Source of the DNA: Fonticula alba ATCC 38817
Lineage: Eukaryota; Protista; Nucleariida
Direction: 5' to 3' (one strand)
DNA length: 64,000 nt
NCBI GenBank assembly: GCA_000388065.2
Contig: KB932203.1
Below are positions 48,215-60,569 of this stretch, piece after piece. The notes under the pieces were generated by a model. The model was not told the origin of the DNA. It saw only the letters and a list, made by a program, of their open reading frames with translations, and made no database searches. Within the stretch, counting starts at the first letter, position 1. Each line of letters starts with the position of its first letter. Position numbers and translations under genes: made by a program.

Positions 48215-49426
48215 GCGCGCCCCGGCGGGTCCTCTTCCTCTCGGGCTTCGCCGGCCGCCTCACCGCCCGGATCCCCGGCACCCCTGTCGCCTTTGGCCGC
48301 CTCGCCACCCGGGTCACCGCTTCTGGGGAAGCTGAGCTTCCCTCTGCCAGCCGGCGGGGCCGGCCTCCCTGGCACCAGCGACAAGGAGGCTGCCTCGCTG
48401 CTGCAGGGCCTGGCCACCGAGGCCGAACTCATCGAGTCGGTCTTCCGCCAGCTGACCACCCCCTTGAGCCTCCTCTCCCAGAGCAGCCCCATCTCGCGGC
48501 TGTTCCTGGGCGACCAGGCGGCCACGCCCCCCCTGCCGGGCCCCCCCACCAAGGAGCCCAGCCCCGATGGCGGTGCCTCGCCCGGGCAAGCCGACAGTGG
48601 CCCGGGTCTGTACCAGCATCTGGCCGCGCGCATGGCCGAGCTGGACACCATCACCGGGTCGGTCCGGCGGCTGCCCGGGCGCGGCGGCGCCCCGGGGTCA
48701 GCTCGGCTCCTCCATCCGCAAATGAATAACCCCTCCTTCCGGGCAACGGCGGACTATCTGCTGGCGCAGCTCCGCCGGTGCATGCAGCTCTTCGCCACTT
48801 CGACCGGGTTCTTCCCCCTGTTGGCGGGCTTCGCGGCCATCCTCGAGGCACGGTACACCCATTTGTCCGGGGTGGCCTTCGCCACCACCCCGCGTCACCT
48901 GGCCGAGGCCCATGCCACGGCCGAAGACCTGCTTGAGCGCTTGCACGCGTCGATGCCGGCTCCGGCCGAGGCCCGGGCCCCGGCCGAGGCCGATGCCGCC
49001 GGGCCGGAGGCCTCCTCCTCCCCCCTGGCGGACGAGGCGGCCTCGCAGCACCCCATCTGCCCGCTTTGCCATGAGGCCCTGCCCCTGTCGCTGGGGTCTC
49101 GTGCTGGTGGTGGTCGATCGGCCGCGGGCGCGGTGTCCGTCTCTCGGCGGTGTGATTGCATGCCGTCCGAGAGTCTACCCGCCCCGCGCGCCGGTCAGGC
49201 CCCGGTGCTCCCCCTGGTCCGGGGGTATGTCAGCCTGGAGCTGGCCTTGCTGAAGATCCGCGACCCGGCCATGCGCAAGCAGCTGCTGAAATCGGCCCAC
49301 CAAGACTTCCACTCCATCGGCGCCACCTTCGAGGAGGAGATGGTCGCCCGTGAGCTTGTGGAGCCTGGGGCTTCGATCTCCATCTTCCAAGGGGAGAGTA
49401 TGCGTTTCAACCACTTCCATGTCTAG
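45175..49426 (+). CDS. Protein segment with hydrophobic/TM stretches followed by a TPR-like helical region resembling the C-terminal tail of soluble adenylyl cyclase/STAND-TPR proteins; intron 47130-47229; probably continuous with 39046-45223
   Basis: Hydrophobic ILVFSLFLFFA and FAFHLLVRWVMVIALMLVSLSF. Then QRPVPTRGMQLFMANFREVCRQLAHRF, TNFAEIAGPHSAELLIRAYA and DPYGQHWALVG. A phase-2 GTATGT/CTACAG intron joins ORFs 45289 and 47132. Confidence 0.65.
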
Positions 49427-49856
49427 ACCAGGGCGCTTTTCCTCTGCTCCCGTTGGGCACACGACTTCCCCTCCCCCCTCCCCCTCCTCGCCCTTTTGTA
49501 CATTAGATTATTCCCTCCCTCGCTTCATATATGCCCCGGCTTGTCGTGTGCCTTTGTCGCCCCCCCCGGGGACTGGTTGGTGGTGTGCTGTCCTCGGGGG
49601 GCCGGTGGGAGGGGATGTCATTTGTATTGATGGGGTGACCCGGCGCCTGGTGGCATGGACAAACAGAGAGGGTGTCGTGGGCCGCGATGAGGGGCGGCGG
49701 GTTGAAAGAGAGAGAGAGAGAGAAGAAGGGACGCCGGGGCCGCCGGGCGGGAAGGGGTGCATCTACATGCGCGTGCACCCACATGGCCGCCGGCCCCCCC
49801 CCTCCTCGAGCCGACCTCGCGCGCGCGTACGTACACACACACACACACTCCTCCTC

Positions 49857-52800
49857 TCAGCCAAAGTGGTTGACGACGGAGGCACGAGACTTCTTGGATG
49901 AGCCGCGGCTGCGTCCCCCGCCCTTGGTAGAGGACTGCGATGAGGAGCTGGACTTCTTGGAGGACGAGCGCTTGGTCGGCAGGGGCATCTCCTCCTCGCC
50001 GGTGGCGGCGGCGGCGGCCGGCGGCGCGGCCGGGCCAGCCCCCGGCGCCATGAACAGATGGCGCATGGATGGGGGAATGTCATCCAGATCCACCGGCGGG
50101 GTGGCCTCCTCCTTGCGGTCCTCGGGCGGGGCGGCATCGGCCGGAGGGTCGGCAGCAGCCGGCTGCTGAGCCTCCGGCTCCCGGGCGGAAGCGGGGTCTT
50201 CTGAAGCGGTGTCAGCACCGGTCGAGGTGTCCCTGGCCGCGGTGTCACCAGGAGCCGGGGCAGCATCGACGGCCGGAGTGCTCTCGGCATCTGGGTCGGC
50301 TGAGGCGGCGGCCTCGGCCGCGCTAGCAGTGCCGGTGGTCTCCACAGTGGCGGCGACCGGCGCCTGCGGCTCGGGAGCTGTCTCCACAGCGGGTGCCTCG
50401 GCCGGGGGGGCCTGCACGGCGAGGGCCGACGCGAAGTCCGCAAAGGAAGCATGGCAGGTGGCCGGCTCAAGGCAGGGCAGATCCAATGCAGAGGCCTGGC
50501 ACGCGGGAGGAGAGAGGGGGGGAGGGGGGGGTGAGGGCAGAAGACTCTGCATGTAAGTGGACGAGCGGGGGGACGGACGAAAAGTCCCACCGAGGGCGCA
50601 GGCGTGCGCACAAGAGGGACAGATAGAGAGAGAGAGAGAGAGATGAAGGAGGGCCAGGGCCAGGGTGCGCACCATCTCGGCCACGCGCGTGGCGGTTCGC
50701 GATGCCTGATCCTTCCAGGCACACAGGGTGAAGTCCAAATTGGCCTCAAGATTCTGGACACGAGCTTCGGAGGCTGCGCGCACACATTTCACATGTAAGT
50801 GACCCAGCACTCGGGGCGAGGGAGAAACAGGCGGGGCAAGTGGCCAGAGAGGGGAGCGAGGCAGACAAACCCCGCCAACAACAACACACGCACCTGCCAG
50901 ACGGGCCTCCGCCTGTTGGCGGGCCTGACGCTCGGCGCCGATGGTCGCAGTGGCATTCTTCAGCAAGGGCAGCGACTGGCCGAGGGCCTGCTCGAGGGCC
51001 GCGCCCTGCGACCGGGCGAGGTCCAGCTCCGCCTGCAGGGGCTCAACGGTGGCGGCCTTGGCCACCAGCTTCTGGGCAGCTGCCACCAGGGCGGACGCGG
51101 TGGAGGGGGCGGCACCGGCCGGCGGGGCCGCCTGCGACCCGTGGGCCCCACCCAGCAGATCGTGCGTCGAGTACTCGGTGATCAATGGCTCCAGGAGCTC
51201 GCCGATGCCCGGCAGCTGGCTGGGGCTGCCGGTGGCCGTCGTGGCCGCCGCCGGCAACAGGCCCAACGCCAGAGCCACATCGAAGAGCTGGCGCTCCAGG
51301 TGCGAAACCCGCGAGAGGAGCTCCTCCTGCAGTGGCGACGGGGTGCCCGGTGGCCGGGGCGAGTGGAGGTTCATCGACTGGGGCGGGAGGAGATGGGACG
51401 AGAGACATGGCCGGGAGAAAGCACATGCAAAGTGTGAGGCGCGCATATGGGGGAAGAAGGGAAAATGAGAGAGGGGGAGAGGGGGGGTGTGTGGAAGAGG
51501 GGCACGAGGGAGGGAGGAGAAGGCAGGGGGGGGGGAAAGGCAAGCGAGAAGCCCAGGCGAGGAGGCCGCATCGTGCCTCCTCGCCAGCGGGGGCGGCCGG
51601 GACGTACAGGCGGCCGGTCGGCGGTGCCGGCGTCGGACAGAGCGCCCTGCGAGGAGGAGGAGGAGGAGGAGGCGGTGGCCTGGGTGGAGAGCGTCAGCCC
51701 GCCGGTAGACCGGGACCGGACTGGGGCCGGGCTGGACAGGCCCCAGGCCTTCCAAACAGACCGGCTTTGGGACTGGCGAATGACCTCGGCCGCGGCACTG
51801 GTGGTCGGGCCGATCGCCTCGTCCGCCGGGGCCGGGGTGGAGGAAGACCCAGACCGCCGGGAGTCCGGGTCGGCGCGCGGGGTCGGCGGAGCCGTGGCCG
51901 CCGAGGGCCCCGCCGCCACCAAGGGCGTCGGGTGGTCCAGCACCTCGAAGGTGGCCGACAGGGGAGAGCTATGACAGGAGGGGCTGGCAATCGGCAAACG
52001 CGAGGCCAGGACAAAGCTGTTGAAGGGGGCCGTGGCGCCCGACAGGAAGCGCGGCGAGGCCAGCGAGGGAGACCCGGTGGCCACCACTGGGAATCACAAG
52101 GGCCGCAGTCATCGGAGGAGGGGAGGGGGGGGGGCGGGGCAGAGGGCGCGAATGTCAGCCAAAGGGAGCAGGCGCACGGGCCGAGCGACCGGACAGAGGC
52201 AGGCCACGAGCGACGTACGGTAGGGGTCGATGACCACTGCGGTCGGGAAGACCCCGAAGATGACCAGCAGCCCGTTGGAGGGCAGGCGGGTGATGGCGAA
52301 GGCCGGGCTGGAGAAGGCGCTGCTGGTGCTGCCACGGCGCTTGAGCGCCGGCGGGGTGCCATCCAGGGCCGGGAGGCGCCCATGCCGGCCGGCATCCCCA
52401 GCCGGCGAGGAGGACAATGGCGAGGGCTTGGAGATGGGGGACATGCTGGACTGGGAGAAAATCCCGCTGGCCAGCTTGGTCCAGCTCATGGTCCGCCGGC
52501 TGAAGCGGTACAAATCACTCAGATGGCAGCCACTGGCATCCACACCGCCGAAGACATAGATGTCGCCGGCCGTCTGGCGCCAGTATTCCTGCACCGGGCT
52601 GTCGGTCTTGGCCGAGGGGGGGATGACGCAGGCCGTGCCGCAGCTGCTGCACCCGCCCGGCATGACGAAGACCGTGGCCGAGTGCCGCGGGGTCGGGGCA
52701 TTGTGCTCGATGCTGGAGGTGACATTGCCGCCGGACCACAGCCGAATCCACGACGCCCGGAGGGAGCCCGAAGCCGGGGGCCCGGCACCGGCCGAGGGCC

Positions 52801-55417
52801 CGGCCTTCCGGCCGGCCACCTGGCGGTGGTCGATCCCGGTGCTGGTGTCCAGCAGCCAAAGGTCATTGAGCGGGGCGCCGGTGGAGGCGCGCCCGCCGAA
52901 GATCACCACCCCGGAGGCATGCTGCACCGTGCCGCCGATGCAGCCCGGCATCGGGGGGGCCGCCATGCTGCCGCCGGGCGGCCGCGAGGCCGATTCCCCG
53001 GGAGTCATCCCGGCCGGGGCGATGTCCGCCCACACGCGCTGGTTGTTGAAGGAGGCCACGGCCGAGGCGGTGCGCTCCTTCGGCGCGGACTCCGGGCCGC
53101 CGCTGCCGGCCACCTGGGCTGTGGTCCACTGCCAGGTGGCCGTGTCGAGGACCGCCACATCCGACGCATAGTAGTAGGGGCTGCTGTGGAGGAGGCCGCC
53201 ATCGGCCGAGCCGGCGGTGGCGGTGGCGCCGGCGCCGGCGCCGGTGGCAGTGCCCCCGCGTGTTGGGCAAGTCGCCGGCCCGGCGGCCTCCGGCGTGGTG
53301 TACTGATACCCAAACAGCACCACCGCCTGGGTGTCATCAAGCATGCATGTCGAGTGCCCGTAGCGCGGGGAGGGGATGGACCGGGTCGGCCCGGCGGGCT
53401 GGGTGTCCCGAACGGACCAGCGCCCGCGGGCTGGTGGAGGTGCGAAGGGGAGGGGAGGGGGCGGGCGGGGGGCAAGAAAACAACCGCAAGAGCATCCAGA
53501 GCAGTCAGTACGGGCCGGTCATGCATGGGCAGGAGCGGAGGGGCGAGAGTAGCAGAGTGGGTCCCCCCCCCCCCCCCCCAGGCGCCGGACGCACACTCGC
53601 CATCCAGATCCAGCAGGTGGAGCTTGGCGAAGTTGGCCGGGAGCCGGTTCTGCAGCGACGAGTGGTCAGCCGATTGCTGGGTGCGAGTCTGAAGCTCGTC
53701 ATGGCTGACGGCCCCGCCGAGGAAGAGGGCCGACTTGAGCCCCGGGACATAGAGGCTCGGGGCATCGGGGCAGGGGTACGAGGGAGCATCCTCCAGGGGC
53801 AGCTGGGTCCAAATGCCATCTGGAGAGGAGAGGGGGTTAGCGTGGGCAAGGGGCCCGCGTGAGAGGCGAGGCAGCGGCGGCAGCGACGACAACGGCGGGG
53901 ACCGGACCCGGGTGACCCGGGGTCCCCCCCCCCCCCCCGGCAGCCATCAAAAGGAAAGCAGCGAGCAAGCACGCACCGGCCCCAAGGAGCCAGCCATCAT
54001 TCAGGGTGTGCCCGGTGGCCGAAACACCGGAATACAGCCCGGCCAGGACAGGCACCGGGTCGGCACCCGGAGCCAGGCACCCGCAGCACGAGTCGGTCGG
54101 GGTCGAGAAGAGGGAGCGCGACACCCGGGGGAAGGGGGTTCGCAAGTTGGCAGATGAGGCGCCGCCATCGGGGCTGGCCGGCGGCGGGATCTCATAGGAC
54201 AGGGTGGCCCAGCACTTTTGCGGCCCGAGGAGATCCGGGGAAATGTTCAACAGGGAGAAGCCCGGGTCCGGGATGGTGTTGTGGCCGGGCGATCGCCCGG
54301 CCTCGGGGCCGGCGGACGGGGCAGCGGTCGGTGGCCGGCCAGCAGCGGGCCCCGGGGAGCAGGGCTCCTCCGCCGGGAGCGGAGGGCTCGGGGAGGGGGA
54401 GGCCGTGGTGGAGGTGTCATTGGGGTGGGCCCGGCGGGAACGCGCCGGCCGGCGGCGAGCCATGCTCAGGGCGATGCAGGAGGGTCCCTCGGCCGAGGGG
54501 AGGCTGTCCGGGGAGGGCGAAGAGGCGGGGCCGGCGGCGTGTCGACAGTGCACCGAGCAGTGGCGAATCAGGGGCGACGGTCCGGGAGGGAGGGCAGCGT
54601 CGGTGGAGGAGGCCGCGCCGGGGGGGCCAGGATGCAGGGCCAGCGAGGAGAGGGAGGAAGTGAGCAGGGGCGACGGCTCGGCCGTGGGTGCCAGCGGGGC
54701 GGGCTCCGGCAGGGGAACGATGCCGGTGACGGGGCTCGCGGGGGGCAGGGCGCGCCGGGCGTCGGCCGGCGGGGGGATGGCGAGGCTGGCCGGGGTGCCG
54801 CCAGCGACGCTCTGGGCGGAGGCCGGGGCCGGGTGGGGCGACGGGCCGGGCAGGGTGCCGGCAGGGGCAGCGATCTGGCGGGGGGGCGTGATGCCGAGCG
54901 AGGCCAGGAGCGGTGAGGCACCCAGACGCGAGTAAGCCGGGAAGGGGATGCGCAAGTCGGCCAGGAGGGTGGGCGACCGCGGAGCAAAGGGGCTCACAAT
55001 GCCGAGTCCCAGGCCGGAGGAGGAGGAGGAGGAGGAGCAGCCCGGAGAGCCGGGAGCCGGGGGGGCAGCCGGAGAGGGCGTGGCCGGAGCAGCGGCGCCC
55101 GAAGTGGGGGCGGCCTGGTGCCAGGGGGCCGGCGAGGCGGGCGGCGTGTCGGCGTCGAGGTCCGAGTGGTCGCGGGGCAGACCGGCGGCGGAGCTCGCAG
55201 AGGTGTCGGCGGTGTCGGGCGGCGACGCGGAGGCGGCGGGTGATGGGGCGGTGGGGGCGGTGGCGACGACAGGCGGCCGGATGGCCGCGGGAGAGGGGGA
55301 GCTAGGGGGATTGTTGATGGGGGGGACAGAAGTCTGGCCGACGCGGGGGGACGTCGTTGCCACCTGGGGATCAGCCTCCGAAGCCGACGCCGGTAGTGTG
55401 GATTGAGTTACTCCCAT
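49857..55417 (-). CDS. Kelch-repeat (beta-propeller) protein with C-terminal coiled coil and possible N-myristoylation; 7 exons
   Basis: Kelch signatures TLNDGWLL, PSPRYGHS...VLFG, VIFGG...LNDLWLLD, APTPRHSA and IYVFGG...LSDLYRF...SWT. Phase-consistent introns 53976-53820, 53594-53431, 52218-52087, 51607-51378, 50893-50774 and 50672-50496. Starts MGVTQS. Confidence 0.82.
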
Positions 55418-56708
55418 GCCTCGATGAGGGGGCACCTCAAAGACAGCTGCCGATCGGGGTGGGTGTGTAAGTGTGTGGATGGGCAGGGAGAGCATCGTGT
55501 GTGTGTGTGCGTGTGTGCGTGTGTGCGTGTGCGTGTGTGCGCTCGTGTGCGTGTGCGTGTGTGCGCTCGTGTGGGAGCAGGCCCCGTGGCGCGTACCTGG
55601 AGCGAGCGTGCCCGGGCGGGGGTGCGCGAAGCCGGGCGGGCAGTCTCGGAGCCGATGACGACGATGCGATTCGGGGTCCGGAGAGGGGGGAAAAGGCAAG
55701 GGAGCGGAGGAGGAGGGGGGGCGGAGGAGGAGGGGGGGGCGGAGGAGGAGGGGAGGGGAGGGGCTGGAAGGGGGGGGGGTGTGGGGGGGGGGGGAAGGAG
55801 GTCTCACAGCCGCCAGGGGAGGAGTGAGGGCATTGAGAAGTGGTGCCGAGGGCGGCCACACATCCGCGGGAGTGCGAGAAAAGAGGCCCCGCTGCCCCTG
55901 GGCCGGAGCACACGGCTGGGTCGGCCCATCAGGAGCGCGCGGGGTTCGCGAGCGCTGCCGGGCGCAAGTGCATTCAGGGGCGCCCCGGTGTGCCGGCAGG
56001 CCGGCGCCCCCGGCCCCTGCTCTCTCCAGGGGAGAGGACGCTCTGGCGCCGTAACCGTGTGGGTGTCCCCCCCCCCCCCCCCCTCTCCAGCCCCCGAAAG
56101 GGACGCGGGGAAAAAACAACAGACCGACGCCAGCCCCGCCCTCCCCTGGGCGGGGCGGACGCGGGACAAGCGCGTGTGCGAGCGGAAAGGCCGGCCGCAA
56201 AGCGGGGGGGGGGGGGCCGGGCGTTCCGCGAGATCCGACCGGTTCACCCCCCGGCGCCTGTGCGGGTGCCCCCTCCGGCGAGCAGCCCCCAATGGAGTGC
56301 CAGGGTACGAGGGACAAAATGTCCGCGGGCCCGGCCACCGCGCCCCGTGCGCATTCCTCAGCCCGCGAAAGGGAGCGGGCGGGCAGGAGGGCGGGTGCGC
56401 GGCGCAGGGGGGACAAGACAGCCGACCCGGCCCGCCGGGGCTGGCCCGCCTCGCAGGCGGCCGCGGAGACAACGATATTCCGCTTGCGCCGCCGTTGGAC
56501 TTGTCGTCGACCTGGCTGGCGCCGGCAGCACGCAAATGTAAATGCGCTCGCCTGCACGGGAAACGACGGCCGGACGCAGCCTGTGCTTCCCCCCACCCCA
56601 CCCCCCTGCCCCGCCCTTTCGGGAAGGGCGAAGGGTGGAGGGGGCACCCTGGGGTGCTCGTTGCTGGCACGAGGCTCGGTCTCTCGTCTGCCCGCCCGGG
56701 CGGCGGTT

Positions 56709-56747
<39 letters not shown>

Positions 56748-57006
56748 CCTGGCACCGGCTGGTGAGACGTGTTCTGTTCATTACACACAGCCGAGTGGAT
56801 GTGCGCGCGCCATTTCAAAGCGAAAATAGAGTCACGCGACACATCGGATCCGGTACGTCAAAAGTGCCCCCAGCCGGCCATGTGATATGAATTCCTTTTC
56901 CGAATTCGCGCCCCGATCGCGCCCCCCTCCCCCGCCTGAGAGCCCTCGACACTGGAGGGCCCCCATGGTGCGAGTGCCGGATCGCCCGTCTTCCGCATAC
57001 CCTCCT

Positions 57007-57010
<4 letters not shown>

Positions 57011-57078
<68 letters not shown>
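57011..57078. repeat. (CT)n microsatellite; (GT)n tracts also at ~6066-6098, ~58928-58970 and ~62755-62786
   Basis: Directly visible dinucleotide repeats. Confidence 0.95.
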
Positions 57079-57082
<4 letters not shown>

Positions 57083-57151
57083 GCCACCTCGCCACCTCGC
57101 CATCTGCGCCGCCCTTCACTTCTTCTTGCCCATGGCACCCCTGCGGCCGGG

Positions 57152-58923
57152 ATGAATGGACTCAGGCATGCGACAGCGCCGATCTCCACGCGGGCGTTCA
57201 CTGCCAGCCTGGCGGCCGCGCTGTCCTGGCAACATGGCGATGGTCTACGGCCGGGCCGGCGGCCCGTGTTTGGTGCGCCTTCCCGGCGCTCTTCGCCTTT
57301 CCGCCTGCTTTCTTCAGGNNNNNNNNNNNNNNNNNNNNNNNNNNNNNNNNNNNNNNNNNNNNNNNNNNNNNNNNNNNNNNNNNNNNNNCCCGAGAGCCTC
57401 CCTCCGGCGCACCTGGCGTCTGCTGACAAGCGCACACACATGCGCATAACCTCGATGTACGCTCGGTCGCATGGTCCACACGCACACGGGGCATGTGTGG
57501 AATATGTTAGCCCTTGCGGTGTCCGGAGGCGCTGACTCCCTGGCCCTTGCGATCCTGGCGCGCGACGCAGGGCTGGACGTGGTCGGCCTGAGCGTGGACC
57601 ACACGCTACGCGGGGCCACCAGTGCGCGCGAGGCACGCCATGTTGCCCGGTGGTTTCAGTCGGCCGGTGCGTGTGCCGCTGCTCCCTGCCTCCCCCTCCG
57701 TCCTATCGCCGCCCCTTTTTTTTTTCCGGCGGCCCCCCGCAGATGGCTGATTCTTGGGTCTCGCTCGCTCCCCCCTCGCCCTCACCTCAGGACTCCAGCA
57801 TATGACCCTTACGGCGGACTGGCAGGGCACCCCGCTCGAGGAAGTCACCCAGGAGTTGGCCCGACGCAAGCGGTACTCCCTCCTGTCCAGTGCGTCTGCC
57901 GACTGGGCAACTCGCCTCCCTTCCTGAATATCGCCCCTCTCTCTCTCTCCCCCCCCCCCAGACTGACCTTTCTGGGCTGGTCTGCCAGGCGCCTGTCTTG
58001 CTCTCGGCATCCGGTACATCCTCACCGGGCACCATGCCGACGATCAGGCCGAGACCATCTCCATCCGCCAGGAAACGTGCGCCTGTCCACCTTCCCGCCG
58101 ACCGAACGATCCCCGCACAGCATCACTGACTGCCTGGCTGCCGGCGATCAGGCACGCCACCCAGCACGGCCTGGCTGGCATGTTTGCGCTGGCCCCGCTG
58201 CCGATGTTGCCATCGGTGGCCCCAGCGCCGGAGATTCCCCTCACGCCGGGTGGCCCTCCGGGCGAGTGCCCCAAGCGGCTTGCCCGCCTGCTCCGGGAGC
58301 TGCGCCTGGTCCGGCCGATGCTGCCCTTCACGAAGGCCGAGTGCGAGGCCACCTGCCTGGCGGCCGACGTCCCATGGGCCATTGATCCCTCCAACTACAA
58401 CCCGGCGTACCATCGGGTCCGCGTGCGTGAAGCCCTCGCCGAGGGGCCTGCCCGTCGTCCGGAGCATGGGCCCGGAGCCGGGATCCATCTTGTCGGCCGC
58501 GGCGATGGCCGGCCCCTGTCCCACTCGGATCCCGGCCAGCGAGCCGAGCTGCTGGCCATGGCTGCCGAGCACCAGGCCTGGCGTCTGGCTTCCGAGCGCC
58601 AGGCCACCGGCTTTCTCCGGTCTCATGCCATCCTTTGCGACCCAGCGGCCGAGGGGGCCGCCCTGTCGCCGGTGGGGCTGCTGCTTCCGACTGCGCGCCA
58701 GCCTGCCGGGGCCGTCGCACCGGCGGACACCGTCATGCCGGGCGCCATGCCGCCCGAGGGCACCCAAGCGGCCGATGCCCTGCTGCATGTCTTCCGGTGG
58801 TTTAACAGCGGCTCGCACCCGCCGAAGCAGGCGGCCATCCGGGTTGCTGCTCGTCGTCTGTGCTCCAGCGATAGATCCGGTATGTGGCCTGTTGACACGC
58901 GCCTGCCTCCCCCCGCCCGGTTC

Positions 58924-58971
<48 letters not shown>

Positions 58972-59749
58972 TGGGCGAGGGAGGGGGGGGGGGGATGCTT
59001 TCTTGTTTGTCCCTTCTTCCTCCACATGCAGGTCCTTCGCACGCGGTGCAGCCGCCTGACCGTGCCATCCTCTGCACAGCCTTCTCCCTTGGCCGGGTGA
59101 ATTTCCTCCCGGCGACCATCGCCCGTCCGGATGGGGCTGCGCACCACGCCTGGCTCCTGTTCCCGGCCGGATTGGTGAATACGCACATTGCCGGGAACCT
59201 GGCGCTCATGATGGGGGCCTCCCCAAACTCGGCCCCCCCGGCCATTGGGACCATCGTCGGTCTGAGCCAACGCCTCCTCCGGTACCCCCTGCGGCACACG
59301 CCCGGCTTGACCCAGCCCCCGGTCCTCGGCCGGGCAGTTCTCTGGGGCCCGGGCCAATATGTCCACACCTCGCTCGGGTCCCCAGCCTGCTGTGCACCCG
59401 ACTGGGCGGGGCTCCAGGCTGCACTGGCCTCGCTCGATGGCCATGCCCCCCCGGAGGAGATTGCCCTCCTGGCCGGGGCCATTGACAGCTACCGGCGCTT
59501 TTGCGAGATGCCCCCCGAGGAGGGTGCGCGGCCTGTCCCTGCCGGATGCCCCCCTGCCCCCCCCCCTCTCTCTCTCTCTCTGCCTCTCGTCGCATCCTGC
59601 CCCACCTGACCCCAGTATGCTTCCCCGCTCGTCCTCCCCCCCCCCCCCCGTTGTCTCCTCACTCCGGATCCCGATCCAGTCTGCTGGAATACCTCAACAT
59701 CGCCGATTATGCCCTGGGCCGTCGCTTGCCCTGTTCCAGCGCCACTTCG
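57152..59749 (+). CDS. tilS: tRNA(Ile)-lysidine synthetase-like PP-loop ATPase (TilS), probably mitochondrial; 3' end lost in gap
   Basis: Spliced motifs ALAVSGGADSLAL, VDHTLR...S..EA..V, ARRKRY, LTGHHADDQAET, GLAGM, LVRPML...K and DPSN...Y-R-RVR. Exons 57152-57272, 57511-57666, 57791-57889, 57989-58076, 58152-58879 and 59032 onward are in phase. Confidence 0.85.
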
Positions 59750-60569
59750 NNNNNNNNNNNNNNNNNNNNNNNNNNNNNNNNNNNNNNNNNNNNNNNNNNN
59801 NNNNNNNNNNNNNNNNNNNNNNNNNNNNNNNNNNNNNNNNNNNNNNNNNNNNNNNNNNNNNNNNNNNNNNNNNNNNNNNNNNNNNNNNNNNNNNNNNNNN
59901 NNNNNNNNNNNNNNNNNNNNNNNNNNNNNNNNNNNNNNNNNNNNNNNNNNNNNNNNNNNNNNNNNNNNNNNNNNNNNNNNNNNNNNNNNNNNNNNNNNNN
60001 NNNNNNNNNNNNNNNNNNNNNNNNNNNNNNNNNNNNNNNNNNNNNNNNNNNNNNNNNNNNNNNNNNNNNNNNNNNNNNNNNNNNNNNNNNNNNNNNNNNN
60101 NNNNNNNNNNNNNNNNNNNNNNNNNNNNNNNNNNNNNNNNNNNNNNNNNNNNNNNNNNNNNNNNNNNNNNNNNNNNNNNNNNNNNNNNNNNNNNNNNNNN
60201 NNNNNNNNNNNNNNNNNNNNNNNNNNNNNNNNNNNNNNNNNNNNNNNNNNNNNNNNNNNNNNNNNNNNNNNNNNNNNNNNNNNNNNNNNNNNNNNNNNNN
60301 NNNNNNNNNNNNNNNNNNNNNNNNNNNNNNNNNNNNNNNNNNNNNNNNNNNNNNNNNNNNNNNNNNNNNNNNNNNNNNNNNNNNNNNNNNNNNNNNNNNN
60401 NNNNNNNNNNNNNNNNNNNNNNNNNNNNNNNNNNNNNNNNNNNNNNNNNNNNNNNNNNNNNNNNNNNNNNNNNNNNNNNNNNNNNNNNNNGGGGGGGGGG
60501 GGGGGGGGGGGGGGGGGAAAGCCGGCCGGGCACAGCAGGGGAAACAAGAGACAATGGCCATGGTGCTGG

